From positions 17,362,001-17,426,000 of the forward strand of contig NC_086109.1 of NCBI RefSeq assembly GCF_963921235.1: a stretch of DNA of 64,000 nucleotides. Reading direction: 5' to 3'. The position numbers and the translations under genes are program-made. The stretch comes from Mobula hypostoma. Taxonomy: Eukaryota. How positions within the stretch are numbered: position 1 is the first letter of the stretch; every line of letters starts with the position of its first letter. The notes beneath the pieces are model-generated. The model was not told the origin of the DNA. It was given only the letters and a program-made list of their open reading frames with translations, and did no database searches. This document shows, piece by piece, positions 49,981 to 62,659 of the stretch.

Positions 49981-51837
49981 AGCAGATGCTGGAATCTGGA
50001 GCAAAAATTGAGCTGTTGGCAGAGTTTTGCAGGCTGGTCAGCATCTATGATGAGAAAAGGACAATCAACATTTGAAGTCCAGATAATGAGTCTCAACCGA
50101 AATACATTAGGCAAAGGCAGATGCATTACGGGCATTTGAGAGACTCTTCGATAGGCACATGGATGAAAGAAAAGTGGAGAGCTATGTGGGAGAGAAAAGT
50201 TAGATTGATCTTGGAGTAGGTTTAAAAGTCAGCATACATCATGGTCAAAGAACCTGTACTGTGTTGTGCTGTTCTATGTAACCCAAAATGTCAATTGTCC
50301 ATTTCCCTTCACTTCCTGCCTGAACCATTGAGCTCAACCAGAACCATTTTATTTCCTCCTTTGCTTCTCATCAGCTTTGTGCCTGAAAACTTTATGAAAA
50401 TTAGAGTATTGACTATTTGGAACAGCACACTGTCCTGGGGCAATATGATCCTAACTGCAAATATCCAATATGCAACCTCTATACCAGAAGCCTTGTTTTA
50501 TTTGATCCCTGGATTTTGCTGGCAATACTCCCTTCTTGACCTGCTTAGCAATTTTAGATGGTGGACGTTAGTGGATTTGGAATGCATCGTCTTCCCTGAA
50601 AATGAGGACAAAAATTCTTGACTGTTTAATAGTATGCATTCAGAAGAAACAAGGTTAGCGAAAATAGGTGGTTCCATGAGGAAATGAGAACTGTTGTTTT
50701 TCAGAGCAGTAAGCTTGGAAGTCCTACCACTGCCAAATCTTGTGATCTGTGAGTCTGTTGTTGTTTTACACCGGGAAAAAAATTGTATGAAAAACTGAGG
50801 AAGAGAATTTCACAATATGCACTGAGGCATCCAAAAATGTGCACAAAATTCTGCTGTTCAAGGTTGCACAAGAAGCTTCAGATGCTGGAATCTGGAGCAA
50901 AATAACAAACCGCAGGACAAACTTTGCGTGTCAAGCAGTATTTAGCCGGGTGCCTTTGCTGAGGTGCAGTTTCTCCACTGGTGAATATCTAACACCCTGG
51001 AATAAGGGAGAGTAAAGGTAAACCAGGACTTCCATTTCAGTTTACTGTCCAGCGGTAATTAAATACAGTAAGAATGGCATGAGACCTTTGGCAATCACCT
51101 CACAAACTACTTTAAGAGGTTCTGCACTATGCGTAGTCTCATCTCTTTTAAAATTTCTAATTGATGATGCATTGTTGAGAATGTATTCCCAGAAATGTCC
51201 TTTAAGAATCCAAACAATTTGACATTTTACCTCTTTGAAATGTCCAGCACAGTGATCAAAACACATTGAATTCTACTGTTTTTGAGTAACTGACAAAGTA
51301 TTTGGGCCTTGTGCAATTTTGATGGACTGGTGTGCAACAATTCCAAAAATACAAAATTCAAGGAAAAAATATTAAATCTATTCACTGATTCAACTTTTCC
51401 AGATAAAGATTCTTTGCACTCCTGCCACAGGGAATTACACAATATAAATACTCTGACACCAAATGTGCAATCTGTCCTTTCATGCTGTATGCCTCAAGCC
51501 ACAAGAATCTTAAACAAAATTTTGTGCCGTGATTTTCCTTTCCTTCCAATACCCAGCTAAAGACTTTCGACATCAGCCATGGACCAGTGACAATACTCTC
51601 ACTTCTGATGGGGAAAATTGTGGGTTCATTCTCTGCTCCAGAGGCTTGAATGATACGAAGCTAATTCAAAGGTAATTTTGCTGGGCTCCTGCCCTGTCGG
51701 TAGACTAGTTGGTTAGAAACTTTCAACCAAGATCCTATTTGTCTATGCAGGTGGGTATAAAAATAACGCAATCCACTTTTTAAACAAGGATATGTGAGTC
51801 TGCTGAGATCGGCAAGTCATAGATCACAGCAGGCCCT

Positions 51838-52550
51838 TCAAAGTTCAAAGTAAATTTATTATCAAAGTACATACCGTATATGTCACCATATACAACCGTG
51901 AGATTTGTTTTCCTGTGGGCAGATGAAGTCAATCCAAAAAAACGAAATAGAATCAATGAAAGACCGCACCCAGCAGAGTGGGCAGACAACAAATGTGCAA
52001 ATACAAAAGAGAAAAAATATTTAAAAATAAATAAGCAATATATCTCTATTGATAAATATGAGATGAAGAGTCCTTGAAAGAGTGTACATAGGGTGTAGGA
52101 ACAGTTCAGTGACAGAGCGAGTGAAGTTATCCTCACTGGTCCAAGAGCCTGATGGTTGAGGGGTAATGAATGTTCCTGACCTGGTAGTGTGAATCCTGAG
52201 GCTCCTGTGTCTTCCTGATGGCAGCATTGAGAAGAGAGCAGACCTGGGTAGTGGGGGTGCTTGATGATGGATGCTGCTCTTCCGCGGCAGTGCTCCACGT
52301 AGACTCGCTCAATGGAAGGGAAGGCTTTACTCTTGATGGACTGGGTCGTATCCACTACTTTTTGGAGGATTTTCTATTCAAGGACAATGATGTTTCCATA
52401 CCGGGCTGTGGTGCAACCAGTCAATATACTCTCCAACACACCACGCAGAGGTTTGGCAAAGTTTTAGATGTCTCACTGAATCTTCACAAATTTCTAAGGA
52501 AATGGAAGTGCTGCCGTGCTTTCCTTGTAATTACTCGTACGTGCTGGGCC
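51838..52550 (-). mobile_element. Rex1/Babar-like 3' fragment nested in a reverse CR1 tail
   Basis: Reverse tail TTCAAAGTTCAAAGTAAATTTATT and RT C-terminal remnant (RAASIIKHPHYPG). Confidence 0.7.
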
Positions 52551-52779
52551 CATTTACTCCATATTGGGCCATTATTCTGCCTAGTCCATTCAGCCCGCAC
52601 CTTGGACCATAGCTCTCCCATCCATGAACTTATCAAAATTTTTTTCTAAACGTTAAAATTGAATCCGCATCCACCACTCCCACTGGCAGCTTGTTTCCCA
52701 CTCTTACCAGCCCCTCAATAAGAAGTAGCCCTCATGTCAAATACAGATAAAAGCAAGGAAACAGGTCCTTCAGCCCATC

Positions 52780-53050
52780 AACTTGAAAGTGACCACTAAT
52801 CATTCTCTTGCATTAATTCTGATTTATTCTCCCCACATTCTCATCAAGCTCTGCCCAGATTCTGCTACTCATCAATACACTAAGGGCATTTTACGGTGAC
52901 CAAGCTGCATATCTTTGGGATTTGGGAGGAAGCTGAGCCTCCCCAGAGGAAATCCTCCCTGTCACAGGGAAGACTCCACACAGACAGCACCCCAGGTCAG
53001 AATTAAACCAGGGTCTCGGGTGCAGTGGCACTACCAGCCGTGCTACTTTG
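52780..53050 (-). mobile_element. V-SINE-like element
   Basis: Reverse core TCTTTGGGATTTGGGAGGAAGCTGAGC..CC.AGAGGAAA...ACTCCACACAGACAGCACC followed by a tRNA-like head. Confidence 0.6.
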
Positions 53051-53658
53051 GCATTAATATCGTTGGCATGCCGTTTAAGTAATTCAAGCAGGGATTAAAT
53101 TTATTTTTAATACAACTATCACAGGATCCATGCTATCTTCCTGCATCGTCTAGATATCCCTGCCTTACTACTGGTATACCGTGATTATGGTTTGAGTGTG
53201 CGGAGAAATACTTGGGCTTGCCAGTTCTGCCCAATATTTAACCCTCAGCCAACACTGATCATTATCTGGTCAAGAGGTTTGTTGTATGCAGCCATATTTC
53301 CTGCATTTATACAGGGGCTACATTTCCAAAGTACTTTATTGGGTGTGAAGTCTTTCTAAGGGTTGCAGAGCAGAAAAACAGGCACCCGAATGCAAATATT
53401 TGGTATCCTGGACTGTATCTATTGCTCGAAGTACCTTCTGACAAATGTGTCAAAAATTATCTGCACTGAATTACACACTGGTAAATGAGCAGCTGATCTG
53501 TATGCATTTTCCTTATCTGCTAATTTTGAACCTTTCAATACAATCTCCCCTTCATGCTATCAGAATCAGTTTTATTATCACTGACGTGTCATGAAATTTG
53601 TAGTTCTGTGGCAGCAGTGCAGTGCAATACAGAAAATGTACAATAAGTTATAAGTATA

Positions 53659-54198
53659 TGCTCAGTGGCCACTTTATTAGGTACACCTGTATACCTGCTT
53701 TTTATTGCAAATACCTCATTAGCCAATCATGCAGCAACAGCTCAATGCATAGAAGCATGCAAGCGTGGTCAAGAAATTCAGTTATTATTCAGACCAAACA
53801 TCTGAATGGGGAAGAAATGTGACTTAAGTGACTTTGATCGCGAAATGATTGTTGGTGCCAGATGGGGTGGTTTGAGTATCTCAGAAACTGCTGACTTTTG
53901 GGATTTTCACGCACAGCAGTCTCTAGAATTTACAGAGAATGGTGCAAAAAAAAACAAAAAAGAAAAAGAGAGAGCGGCAGTTCTGTGGGCGGAAACACCT
54001 TGTTAATGAGAGAGGTCGGAGGAGAACGGCCAGACTGGTTCAAGCTGACAGTAGCTCAAGTAACCACGTGTTACAACAGTGGTGTGCAGAAGAGCACCTC
54101 TGAATGCAGAACACGTTGAAACTTGAAGTGATTGGGCTACAGCAGCAGGAGACCACACTGGGTTCCTCCCCTGTGCCTAATAGAGTGGCCACTGAGAG
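53659..54198 (+). mobile_element. Tc1-family internally deleted DNA transposon
   Basis: TIRs CTCAGTGGCCACTTTATTAGG / CCTAATAGAGTGGCCACTGAG with TA flanks. Transposase N-terminal HTH remnant MGKKCDLSDFDREMIVGAR..G.SISETA..GFSRTAVSRIYREW. Confidence 0.85.
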
Positions 54199-55069
54199 TA
54201 CATTAAAAAAATTAAATAATCAGTGCAAAAAGTGAGCACAAATAATGAGGTAGTGAAATACAGAGAAGCTTTGCAGCATCATTACTATGATTACTCATCC
54301 CTAATATCACTGCCTTGGACCTTCGATGCAGTCTGTCTCAGGTCTTTTATGTCCTTCCATAAGTATTGGTCCCAGAACCTGGGCACAGTTATTCACCTGT
54401 GGCCTAACTCTGCAAAGCCAACACAGCACAACTCTCTAACGCCACTAGGAGGTGCTGTCTGCAGACTAGGAAAGGGGCAATTGCATCCGGCAGAGGTAAA
54501 ATCTAACTTGAGCCGGAGAAAATGGTTGTATAATTAATGGCCTAGTAATAAAATTGAATTCTTAGAGATTATTACTTTGAAGTCTTGCATTCCTGTCATT
54601 CTGCTGGCAGGTTAATTGTAGAGAAATTCCCCCTGTATGTTAACAAGTGAATTTTGTGAGTTCAAAATTTGAAATTCTTTTTAAAAAGTGAGCTTTAATC
54701 TTTTGACAGAAACTGTTCCTGGGCAGGAAGTCGCATTGCGTGTGTGTGACATTGGCAACCCTGCTCAGAATATTTCAAAGGAACTTAGAATGAAAACCAG
54801 CCTCAAACTTGTCTCTTGCACAGTCAATAAATAGAAACTTTTAATAAAGAAGAGATTGACTAGAATGTTTCCAGGAATGTGAGATTACTGTTCTGCGCGT
54901 AGAAGCCAGGGCTGTTCTCCTGCAACAGATTTAACAGAGGTGTTTAAGATCATGAAAAGTTCGATAAATAAAGGGAAACTGTTTCCAATTCTTGAAAGAA
55001 CCATAAGGCCCATGATTTTGTAATTGCATGAGAACAGAATCAGAATTAGGTTTATTTATACTGACACAC

Positions 55070-55285
55070 AGAACATAGAACAGTACAACAGTCACAGGCC
55101 TTTTGGCCCACCATGTTGTGCCAGCCTTTCAACCTTCTCCAAGACCAATCCAACCCTTCCCTCCCACAGAACCCTCCATTTATCTTCCATCCATATGCCT
55201 AGTTAACAGCCTCTTAAACATTCCTAAAGTATCTGCCTCTACCACCACCTCCTTTGGCAGTGCGTTCCACCTACCCACCTCTATG
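55070..55285 (-). mobile_element. CR1 3' tail (reverse)
   Basis: Starts GAACATAGAACAGTACA, the reverse complement of the TTCTATGTTC tail. Confidence 0.7.
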
Positions 55286-56895
55286 TAGACATGTGAAAAG
55301 AAAAAGATTGGTTAAGACAAATGTGGGTCCCCTACAGACAGAAACAGGTGAATTGATTATGGGGAGCAATGACATGGCAGACCAATTGAATAACTACTTT
55401 GGTTCTGTCTTCACTAAGGAGGACACAAATAATCTTCCCGAAATAGTAGGGGACAGAGGGTCCAGTGAGATGGAGGAACTGAGGGAAGTACATGTTAGTA
55501 GGGAAGTGGTGTTAGGTAAATTGAAGGGATTAAAGGCAGATAAATCCCCAGGGCCAGATGGTCTGCATCCCAGAGGAAGTAGCCCAAGAAATAGTGGATG
55601 CATTAGTGATAATTTTTCAAAATTCTTTAGATTCTGACCTAGTTCCTGAGGATTAGAGGGTGGCTAATGTAACCCCACTTTTTAAAAAAGGAGGGAGAGA
55701 GAAACCAGGGAATTATAGACCGGTTAGCCTAACGTCGGTGGTGGGGAAAATGCTAGAGTCAGTTATCAAAGATGTGATAACAGCACATTTGGAAAGCGGT
55801 GAAGTATTCGGACAAAGTCAGCATGGATTTGTGAAAGGAAAATCATGTCTGACGAATCTCATAGAATTTTTTGAGGATGTAACTAGCAGAGTGGATAGGG
55901 GAAAAGCAGTGGATGTGGTATATTTGGATTTTCAAAAGGCTTTTGACAAGGTCCCACGCAGGGGATTAGTGTGCAAACTTAAAGCACACGGTATTGGGGG
56001 TATGGTATTGATGTGGATAGAGAATTGGTTGGCAGACAGGAAGCAAAGAGTGAGAATAAACGGGACCTTTTCAGAATGGCAGGCAGTGGCTAGTGGGGTA
56101 CCGCAAGGCTCAGTGCTGGGACCCCAGTTGTTTACAATATATATTAATGACTTGGATGAGGGAATTAAATGCAGCATCTCCAAGTTTGCAGATGACACGA
56201 AGCTGGGTGGCAGTGTTAGCCATGAGGAGGATGCTAAGAGGATGCAGGGTGACTTGGATAGGTTAGGTGAGTGGGCAAATTCATGGCAGATGCAATTTAA
56301 TGTGGATAAATGTGAGGTTATCCACTTCGGTGGCAAAAACAGGAAAACAGATTATTATCTGAATGGTGGCCGATTAGGAAAAGGGGAGGTGCAACGAGAC
56401 CTGGGTGTCATTATACACCAGTCATTGAAAGTGGACATGCAGGTACAGCGGGCGGTGAAAAAGGTGAATGGTATGCTGGCATTCATAGCGAGAGGATTCG
56501 AGTACAGGAGCAGGGAGGTACTACTGCAGTTGTACAAGGCCTTGGTGAGACCACACCTGGAGTATTGTGTGCAGTTTTGGTCCCCTAATCTGAGGAAAGA
56601 CATCCTTGCCATAGAGGGAGTACAAAGAAGGTTCACCAGATTGATTCCTGGGATGGGAGGACTTTCATATGATGAAAGACTGGATGAACTAGGCTTATAC
56701 TCATTGGAATTTAGAAGATTGAGGGGGGATCTTACTGAAACATATAAAATCCTAAAGGGATTGGACAGGCTAGATGCAGGAAGATTGTTCCCGATGTTGG
56801 GGAAGTCCAGAACGAGGGGTCACAGTTTGAGGATAAAGGGGAAGCCTTTTAGGACCGAGATTAGGAAAAACTTCTTCACACAGAGAGTGGTGAAG
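55286..56895 (+). mobile_element. Young CR1 (HER1-like) LINE ORF2 fragment with an open 414-aa RT frame
   Basis: KSPGPDG, NYRPVSLTS, QHGF, YLDFQKAFDKV, VPQGSVLGP, FADDTKL and RPHLEYCVQFWSP motifs. Truncated at both ends. Confidence 0.92.
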
Positions 56896-57582
56896 GAGCT
56901 CTGATCAGACGGCATCTAAGGAAAGAGATAAGTAAATGTTTTGGGCTGAGACCCTTCATCTGGACTCCTTCATCAAGAGAGATAACTGGATTTTTCTGTA
57001 GTGAGTGATTATTATTTGAAATTCACTGAACGAAAATTTGCTTTTAGCAACTCCATTGGCCACTTTACATCTTCATCCCTTTCTCCGGTGAAAGATTCAA
57101 AGACTGCAGGATGGGGAGAACAGAGAGGTGGGTTTGTTAGTCCTGCTCTCTGAATGACTGATACACACTCAGAGCTGAGTGGCTTTCTCTTGTACCACAC
57201 TGGAGGCTGTTAATCTCACTCATCCTGATACTGAATTAAACCGTAACCGATATGTACCAGGGTTCTATTTCCAGCATTTTCTCCAAGTCTCTTGTTTCTC
57301 TCGCATTTCATTCCCAAAACCCCTAGTTCTTGACTGGGAGACGGTGAGTGCAGTTTGGGTAAGGTCAGATTCAGATTTATTCATCATGTGTACATCATAA
57401 CACAGAGCGAACGTCATCGTTTGCGTTAACCAGCGAGGACGTGCTGGGGGAGGCCCACAAGTGTCGCCACGTATTTGGGCTCCACCCGTGGCGTGCCCAC
57501 TGTGTCTGGCAGAACAATACAGAACACTACAAAGCAGGACATACGAAGTGACAAAACAGCACCAGCGAAAAAAGCCCTGTTC

Positions 57583-57584
<2 letters not shown>

Positions 57585-57630
<46 letters not shown>
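57585..57630 (+). repeat. (CA)n microsatellite within a reverse LINE-tail remnant
   Basis: Read directly from the sequence. Confidence 0.95.
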
Positions 57631-57632
<2 letters not shown>

Positions 57633-58505
57633 CTCTAACCCCAGATAGGATGTCTGGCCTCCAGCTGATTTGTGGACTCGCAGACAAGATCACTCTGCGT
57701 TTCGGATTTCCGTCTCCATGTGTTTGCTGCAAGACTGCATATAGAGACTGTAGCACTTGCTATGGAAAGAGTAATTGCTGGGATAGTGGGATTAATCATG
57801 TAAGGAGAGATTAGGTCCTCTATTTATATGATCTCCAGAGGTTAAAAGAGTCACAGAACTTGGAAATGGGCTCTTTGGCCCATCAAGCATCTCTTTACAA
57901 CAATCTCATTTTATTCTCCCTTCACCTTCCACAACTGTGCAAAACAACCCATCCCGCCCCACCACACACAAGATTCTACTGGAAGGAGCAAGGGTATAGT
58001 GATCAACAAAAAAAAATATCTGGAGGGGGCCAAGTTATCTCAGTGGGCCAAGCAACATATGTGGGGGAGGAATTGTCAGCATTTCAGGTCAAATCCCGGC
58101 ATCACCACACTAGCACACTCCCCTTGCTGAGGGGACGGCAGGTAATCCACACAGACGTCACGAGGGCGTGCAAACTCTACACCCTCAGCATTGGAGGCCA
58201 GGATTAACCTGGGTCACTGGAGCATTAGCCTTTAACGGAAGCGTTAAGGCAATGAGCTTGGGTGGATGTAATGGATCCTGTGATGGCATTAGAAGTAGGA
58301 GAGCTCATCCCTCAAACAGCATTATAAAAGCACGTTGTAAAATTGGAGGAGCAGACAAAATGGGCTGAATGGCCTGTTTTTGTAAACAAGCTGATTGCCA
58401 CATTATAAAAGTGACTACATTAAAAAAATGTAAATATCTATTTGGCTTTAATGTACATTAGAATCTTAGCAGCTGATGAAGAATGCTTAATGAAGACAGG
58501 TCCTT

Positions 58506-58789
58506 AATTATTTTTTTTTGGGCATGTGCCTGCGTGCGTGGGTTCGTGATGCTGTCTTTTTTGTGGCTTTTTAGAAGGTGCGGAGCGAGAGAGAGACTGT
58601 GTGGCCCGCCACTCCTCACACAGACATTTTTGCAATGTTTTCCCTTTACTTTACGAGGTCGAGTTGCGATCTCGACACTCAACCTGGCACGGATGGAAAG
58701 CGTACTCGGGAGCGGACCCCACTAGTTTCGAACCCGGGAAACTCCGCTCCCGGGTCCGGCGCCGATATCGTTGTGCCACCAGCCGGCCC
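58506..58789 (-). mobile_element. tRNA-derived SINE with an A-rich tail
   Basis: Minus-strand head GGGCCGGCTGGTGGC...GGTTCGAAAC; 13-bp TSD AAGACAGGTCCTT (58493-58505, 58790-58802). Confidence 0.85.
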
Positions 58790-58839
58790 AAGACAGGTCC
58801 TTTCAACTGCAAGCTTTTTGAATCAAAGGAACACGAAGG

Positions 58840-59300
58840 AGTCCTGAAGAAGGGGCTCGGCCCGAAACATCACCTGTCGATTCATTTCCATAGATGCTGC
58901 CTGACTTGCTGAGTTCCTCCAGCGTTTTGTGTGCGTTGCCTTTGATCAAGATCACAATGTGACATCTGCAAATGATTCTGAGGCCCTGGGTCAGGAGAGT
59001 GGGAGAGAAACGAGCCAGGGGTTTCAGTTTTGTGATGCCTTCTGGAGCTGGATAAACTGCCTACACTCATTGTCAGATTTGTTTAAGGAGAATGGTCACT
59101 TGCGCTGCCCTGTCTGTAGATCAATCAAAACACACACACACACACACACAAAAACACTGCAGGAACTGGACAGGTCAGTAAGGGAATAAACAGTCAACAT
59201 TTCAGGCTGCGACCCTGGATGCTGCCTGACCTGCTGAGTTCCTCCAGTATTTTGTGTGTGTTGCTGTGGATTTGCAACATCTGCAGACTCTCCTGTGTCT
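58840..59300. mobile_element. Two Penelope pLTR-derived remnants (58840-58940 with a hammerhead core; 59125-59300 a short hairpin)
   Basis: CTGAAGA-aggggctcggccc-GAAAC and the tail AGATGCTGCCTGAC.TGCTGAGTTCCTCCAG..TTTTGTGTG.GTTGC. Confidence 0.65.
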
Positions 59301-60109
59301 ATAGATCAATCGCCTGGTAGCTGCAAGGAAGTAAAGGGAACAAATTGATATGAAGAATTGAAGGTTGACGTATATTCAGGATGTATATTGTATACATTGC
59401 TCTGACATTAAATGTACCTATTAAACCTATTTGCTTGTTGTTCGATAAGGTGGTCTGGTGTTGACGTGAGTATGCAGAGCTAGGGAATAGATCAGTCAGA
59501 GGAGTAAGAGCAGAGAGTCGAGGGACCAAATGGCTGACTGTCCTTTCTAATGCACCTAACAGGGAAAAAGGACGCCGGTTCCTTTTTGGAAAATCGGGGA
59601 GTCTCCACACTGGCACAAGTACAACCACAGAGAAATCGGGGGAATTTTAGAGAAATGGTACAGTGGTTCAGACTACCTGCTTCGGGAACTATGACAAAGT
59701 GATGCAGTTTTGAAAAAGTATTGTTGAAGGGTGAAAACAATGGTATTTTTTCAGAATTTGGCCTTGTTACTGAATTCTTCTTAGAATTTATGATCAGCAG
59801 GAAACCAGAACAGCCAGCGGGACAGACTGTCCCAGATAATGCTTGAGCCTGCATAACAATAATTCAATGCAGTGATCTGTAAACTAAATATGGCCATGCT
59901 TAAAATATCCATGCTGTGTGTGTGCTGGTGGAGAACGTCAGGTTCATTTGCCCCGTCTCTTGTGAAGACCTTGTGCTTGCTTGAATGATATCCTTTTTGG
60001 GGCAATAACAGCTGGCAATTATATAGCACCTTCTAATCTAGTGGAAATGTTTCACCTGAAACCAATAGTTGGGACCAAACCATATGGGAATACAGTAGCA
60101 CAGGTGACT

Positions 60110-60610
60110 AGGCCCCATATCTAAGAAAGGATGTGCTGGCATTGGAGGGGGTCAAGAGGAGGATCATGAGAATAATCCCAGGAATGAAGGGGTTAACATC
60201 TGGGGAGTGTTTCATGGCTCTGGGCCGGTACTCAAAGGAGTTTAGAAGAATGAGGGGGAATCCCATTGAAATCTAACTAATATTGAAAGAGTGGACGTGG
60301 TGAGGATGCTTCAAGTGGGACAGTCCAAGACCAGTGGGCTGCACATCAGAACATAAGAATGTCCTTTTAAGACAGTGATGAGGAGGAATTTCTTTAGCCA
60401 GAGGGTGGTGAATCTGTGGAATTCATTGTCACAGACAGCTGAGGAGGCCAAGTCATTCAGTATATTTAAAGCTGAGGTTGATAGGTTCTTGATTAGTAAG
60501 GGTTCACAGTTGACCGGGCGAAGGCAGCAAAATGGGGATGAGAGGGATAATAAATCAGCCATGCTGATGATGATGGGCAAATTGTCTAATTCTGCCTCTG
60601 TATCTTATTG
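60110..60610 (+). mobile_element. CR1 3' fragment
   Basis: MRRNFFSQRVVNLWNSL...IFKAEVDRFL followed by a CR1 tail. Confidence 0.8.
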
Positions 60611-60721
60611 TCCTCTGGTGACAGCAGAAATAGTTTTGCCGGGATTAGTAGCTAAGCTGCACGTGACGAAGCTCGACATGGTTGTCAGAGGATATTTGGG
60701 ATGCACCTGTTAGGAGCATTT

Positions 60722-61160
60722 AATAGGTAGTGGGAGCTTAACCCCACTACCCCCAATCCCCCAGCAATGACTACCTTTGAACCTGGAAGGAGAATGGGTG
60801 AAGGCAGGTTACTCGTGGCTTAAAGCTAGTCGCTTTGGGAAGATAGGGCTTGTCAGCTACAGTTGGCAGCTCGTCTAGAAGGAAATCTCTGATCCCATAC
60901 AACCACTGCCGTGCAATTATACCCCCTTACGGGGAAGGCTTTGAGAGAAAACCTGAGGGAAAGTCCAAAGCTGGAGTCCCTAAGGCAGTCCTACGTTGAG
61001 TTCAACGCTGACTGGCGACTCCTGCTATACCACTGGTGCCAAACTGTACTGGTCTCTCCTGTTTCTTTGGATTCATCAGCTGCGGGGGAGCCTGCTGCTC
61101 TTCATACTGTCCGGCCGTGGCTTGCTTACTGGCTTGCATATCATGTAGACAGCTAGGACA
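60722..61160 (+). mobile_element. RTE 5'-UTR-like SINE candidate
   Basis: GGCAGCTC.TCTAG.AGGAAA..CTCTGAT motif and a 5' hairpin GGTAGTGGG..CCCACTACC. Confidence 0.4.
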
Positions 61161-61654
61161 GCGGGAGGGAGGGAAGGGGAGAGGGAGAATACTTTCTCCA
61201 TTATCTGAACACAGTTGAAATTTTGCCAGTGGCTGTGTGTGGTAAGACATTGGAAATGGACAAAATAGAAATGTGAAACCGCAGAAGAACGAGGACTAAA
61301 ATGTTAGGATTAATGTAATTTGTCTAAAAGTTCAAATCCAGAAAGTCATGATCTCATCAAAATATGACAAAATAATTACTGAGTTCCAAAGGATATTTTT
61401 TTAACCAGGGAACTGAGAGGATTTTGAACCCAATTTGCTGCTACGCAAATAGCATTTACAGAGAAGGTAGCTAAATACTGAAGAATGACCCAGTTTTTCA
61501 GAGTCAGTTAGGGGAAGCCCTAAATGCAGTCATTTACCTTCTTGTGTGACATTTCTGCTTCTGTTATCATTCAGGCTATTTCTATCCTGTCCATTCCTGT
61601 TATTCTCACAAATGCCTCAATTAAGTCACATTCTATATATAAAAAAATGACCCC

Positions 61655-62000
61655 AATCAGAATCAGCTTTATTATTATTGTTGTACGTCATAAAACTTAC
61701 TGTTTTGTGGTAGAAGTACAATGCCATAAATAAAATACATTGGTAAGTTACGATAAGAAGTACAAATATGTAGTGTGAAAAGGGGGGAAAATAGTGAGGT
61801 AGTGTTGATGGGTTCATGATCCGTTCAGAAGTCTGATGGCACCGGGGAAGCAGCTGTTCCTAAAATGTTGTGTGTGTGTCTTCAGGCTTCTGTACCTCCT
61901 CACTGATGCTAGTAATGAGAAGAGGGCACGTCCTAAATGGTAAAGGCTCTTAATGATAGATATCACGATCTTGAGGTATGTCCTCAATGGTGGGGAGACC
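61655..62000 (-). mobile_element. Rex-like 3' tail (reverse)
   Basis: AATCAGAATCAGCTTTATT start; homologous to 21285-21630 and 28560-28900. Confidence 0.7.
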
Positions 62001-62659
62001 AGGTGTAATATCTCTATTCTGGTATCATCCTTGTAAACCTTTCTAGCCTGGATTGCAAAAAACTCTGTTCATAATAAACACAAATAGAAAATCGAATAAA
62101 ACCTTGCAGATGCTGGAAAGCTAAAATAAAAACACTCCAGGGTTAGAAATATTTGGTGGGTCAGGTAGTGTCTCTCCATTAATGCTGCTAAACATGCTGA
62201 GTATTTTGATACTTTCTGCTGAGTCCAAATGGATTTTTCCTCTTGATAAAAATCAGACTATTTTTCCCTTTGATGTCTGATAATGGCAGTGATTAAATTA
62301 CAATGTAGTGAGTCAATTGAGATGATGGATGATAATTTGTGTAACAACTGAAAGTTAATACTGGATCCTTATTTGCAAATTTGTGAGCGGACTACCCAAA
62401 TATGAGCATATAACTGACAGGAAGGCTCTGTGGTCATTTGTTATGGTAGACAGTAAATGTGTAACAGTGAGTTAGAACTGAGAGTCGGAACGAGTGCATA
62501 TTAAGAGTGATTTATGACACGAGTTGAATTATTTATGCATTTAGGAAAAACAGACAAATCATGTCCTCAATGAGAGATTTGCATGTGATGAGGGATGGGC
62601 TTTTGGTTGTTTTGACCTTCTTCCCAACTGCAAAGGAATACGACACGGATCTCTGATGA

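Noticed and set aside
58700..58789. tRNA gene
   Set aside because: It has A/B-box-like motifs but no proper cloverleaf, and it is the head of a TSD-flanked SINE.
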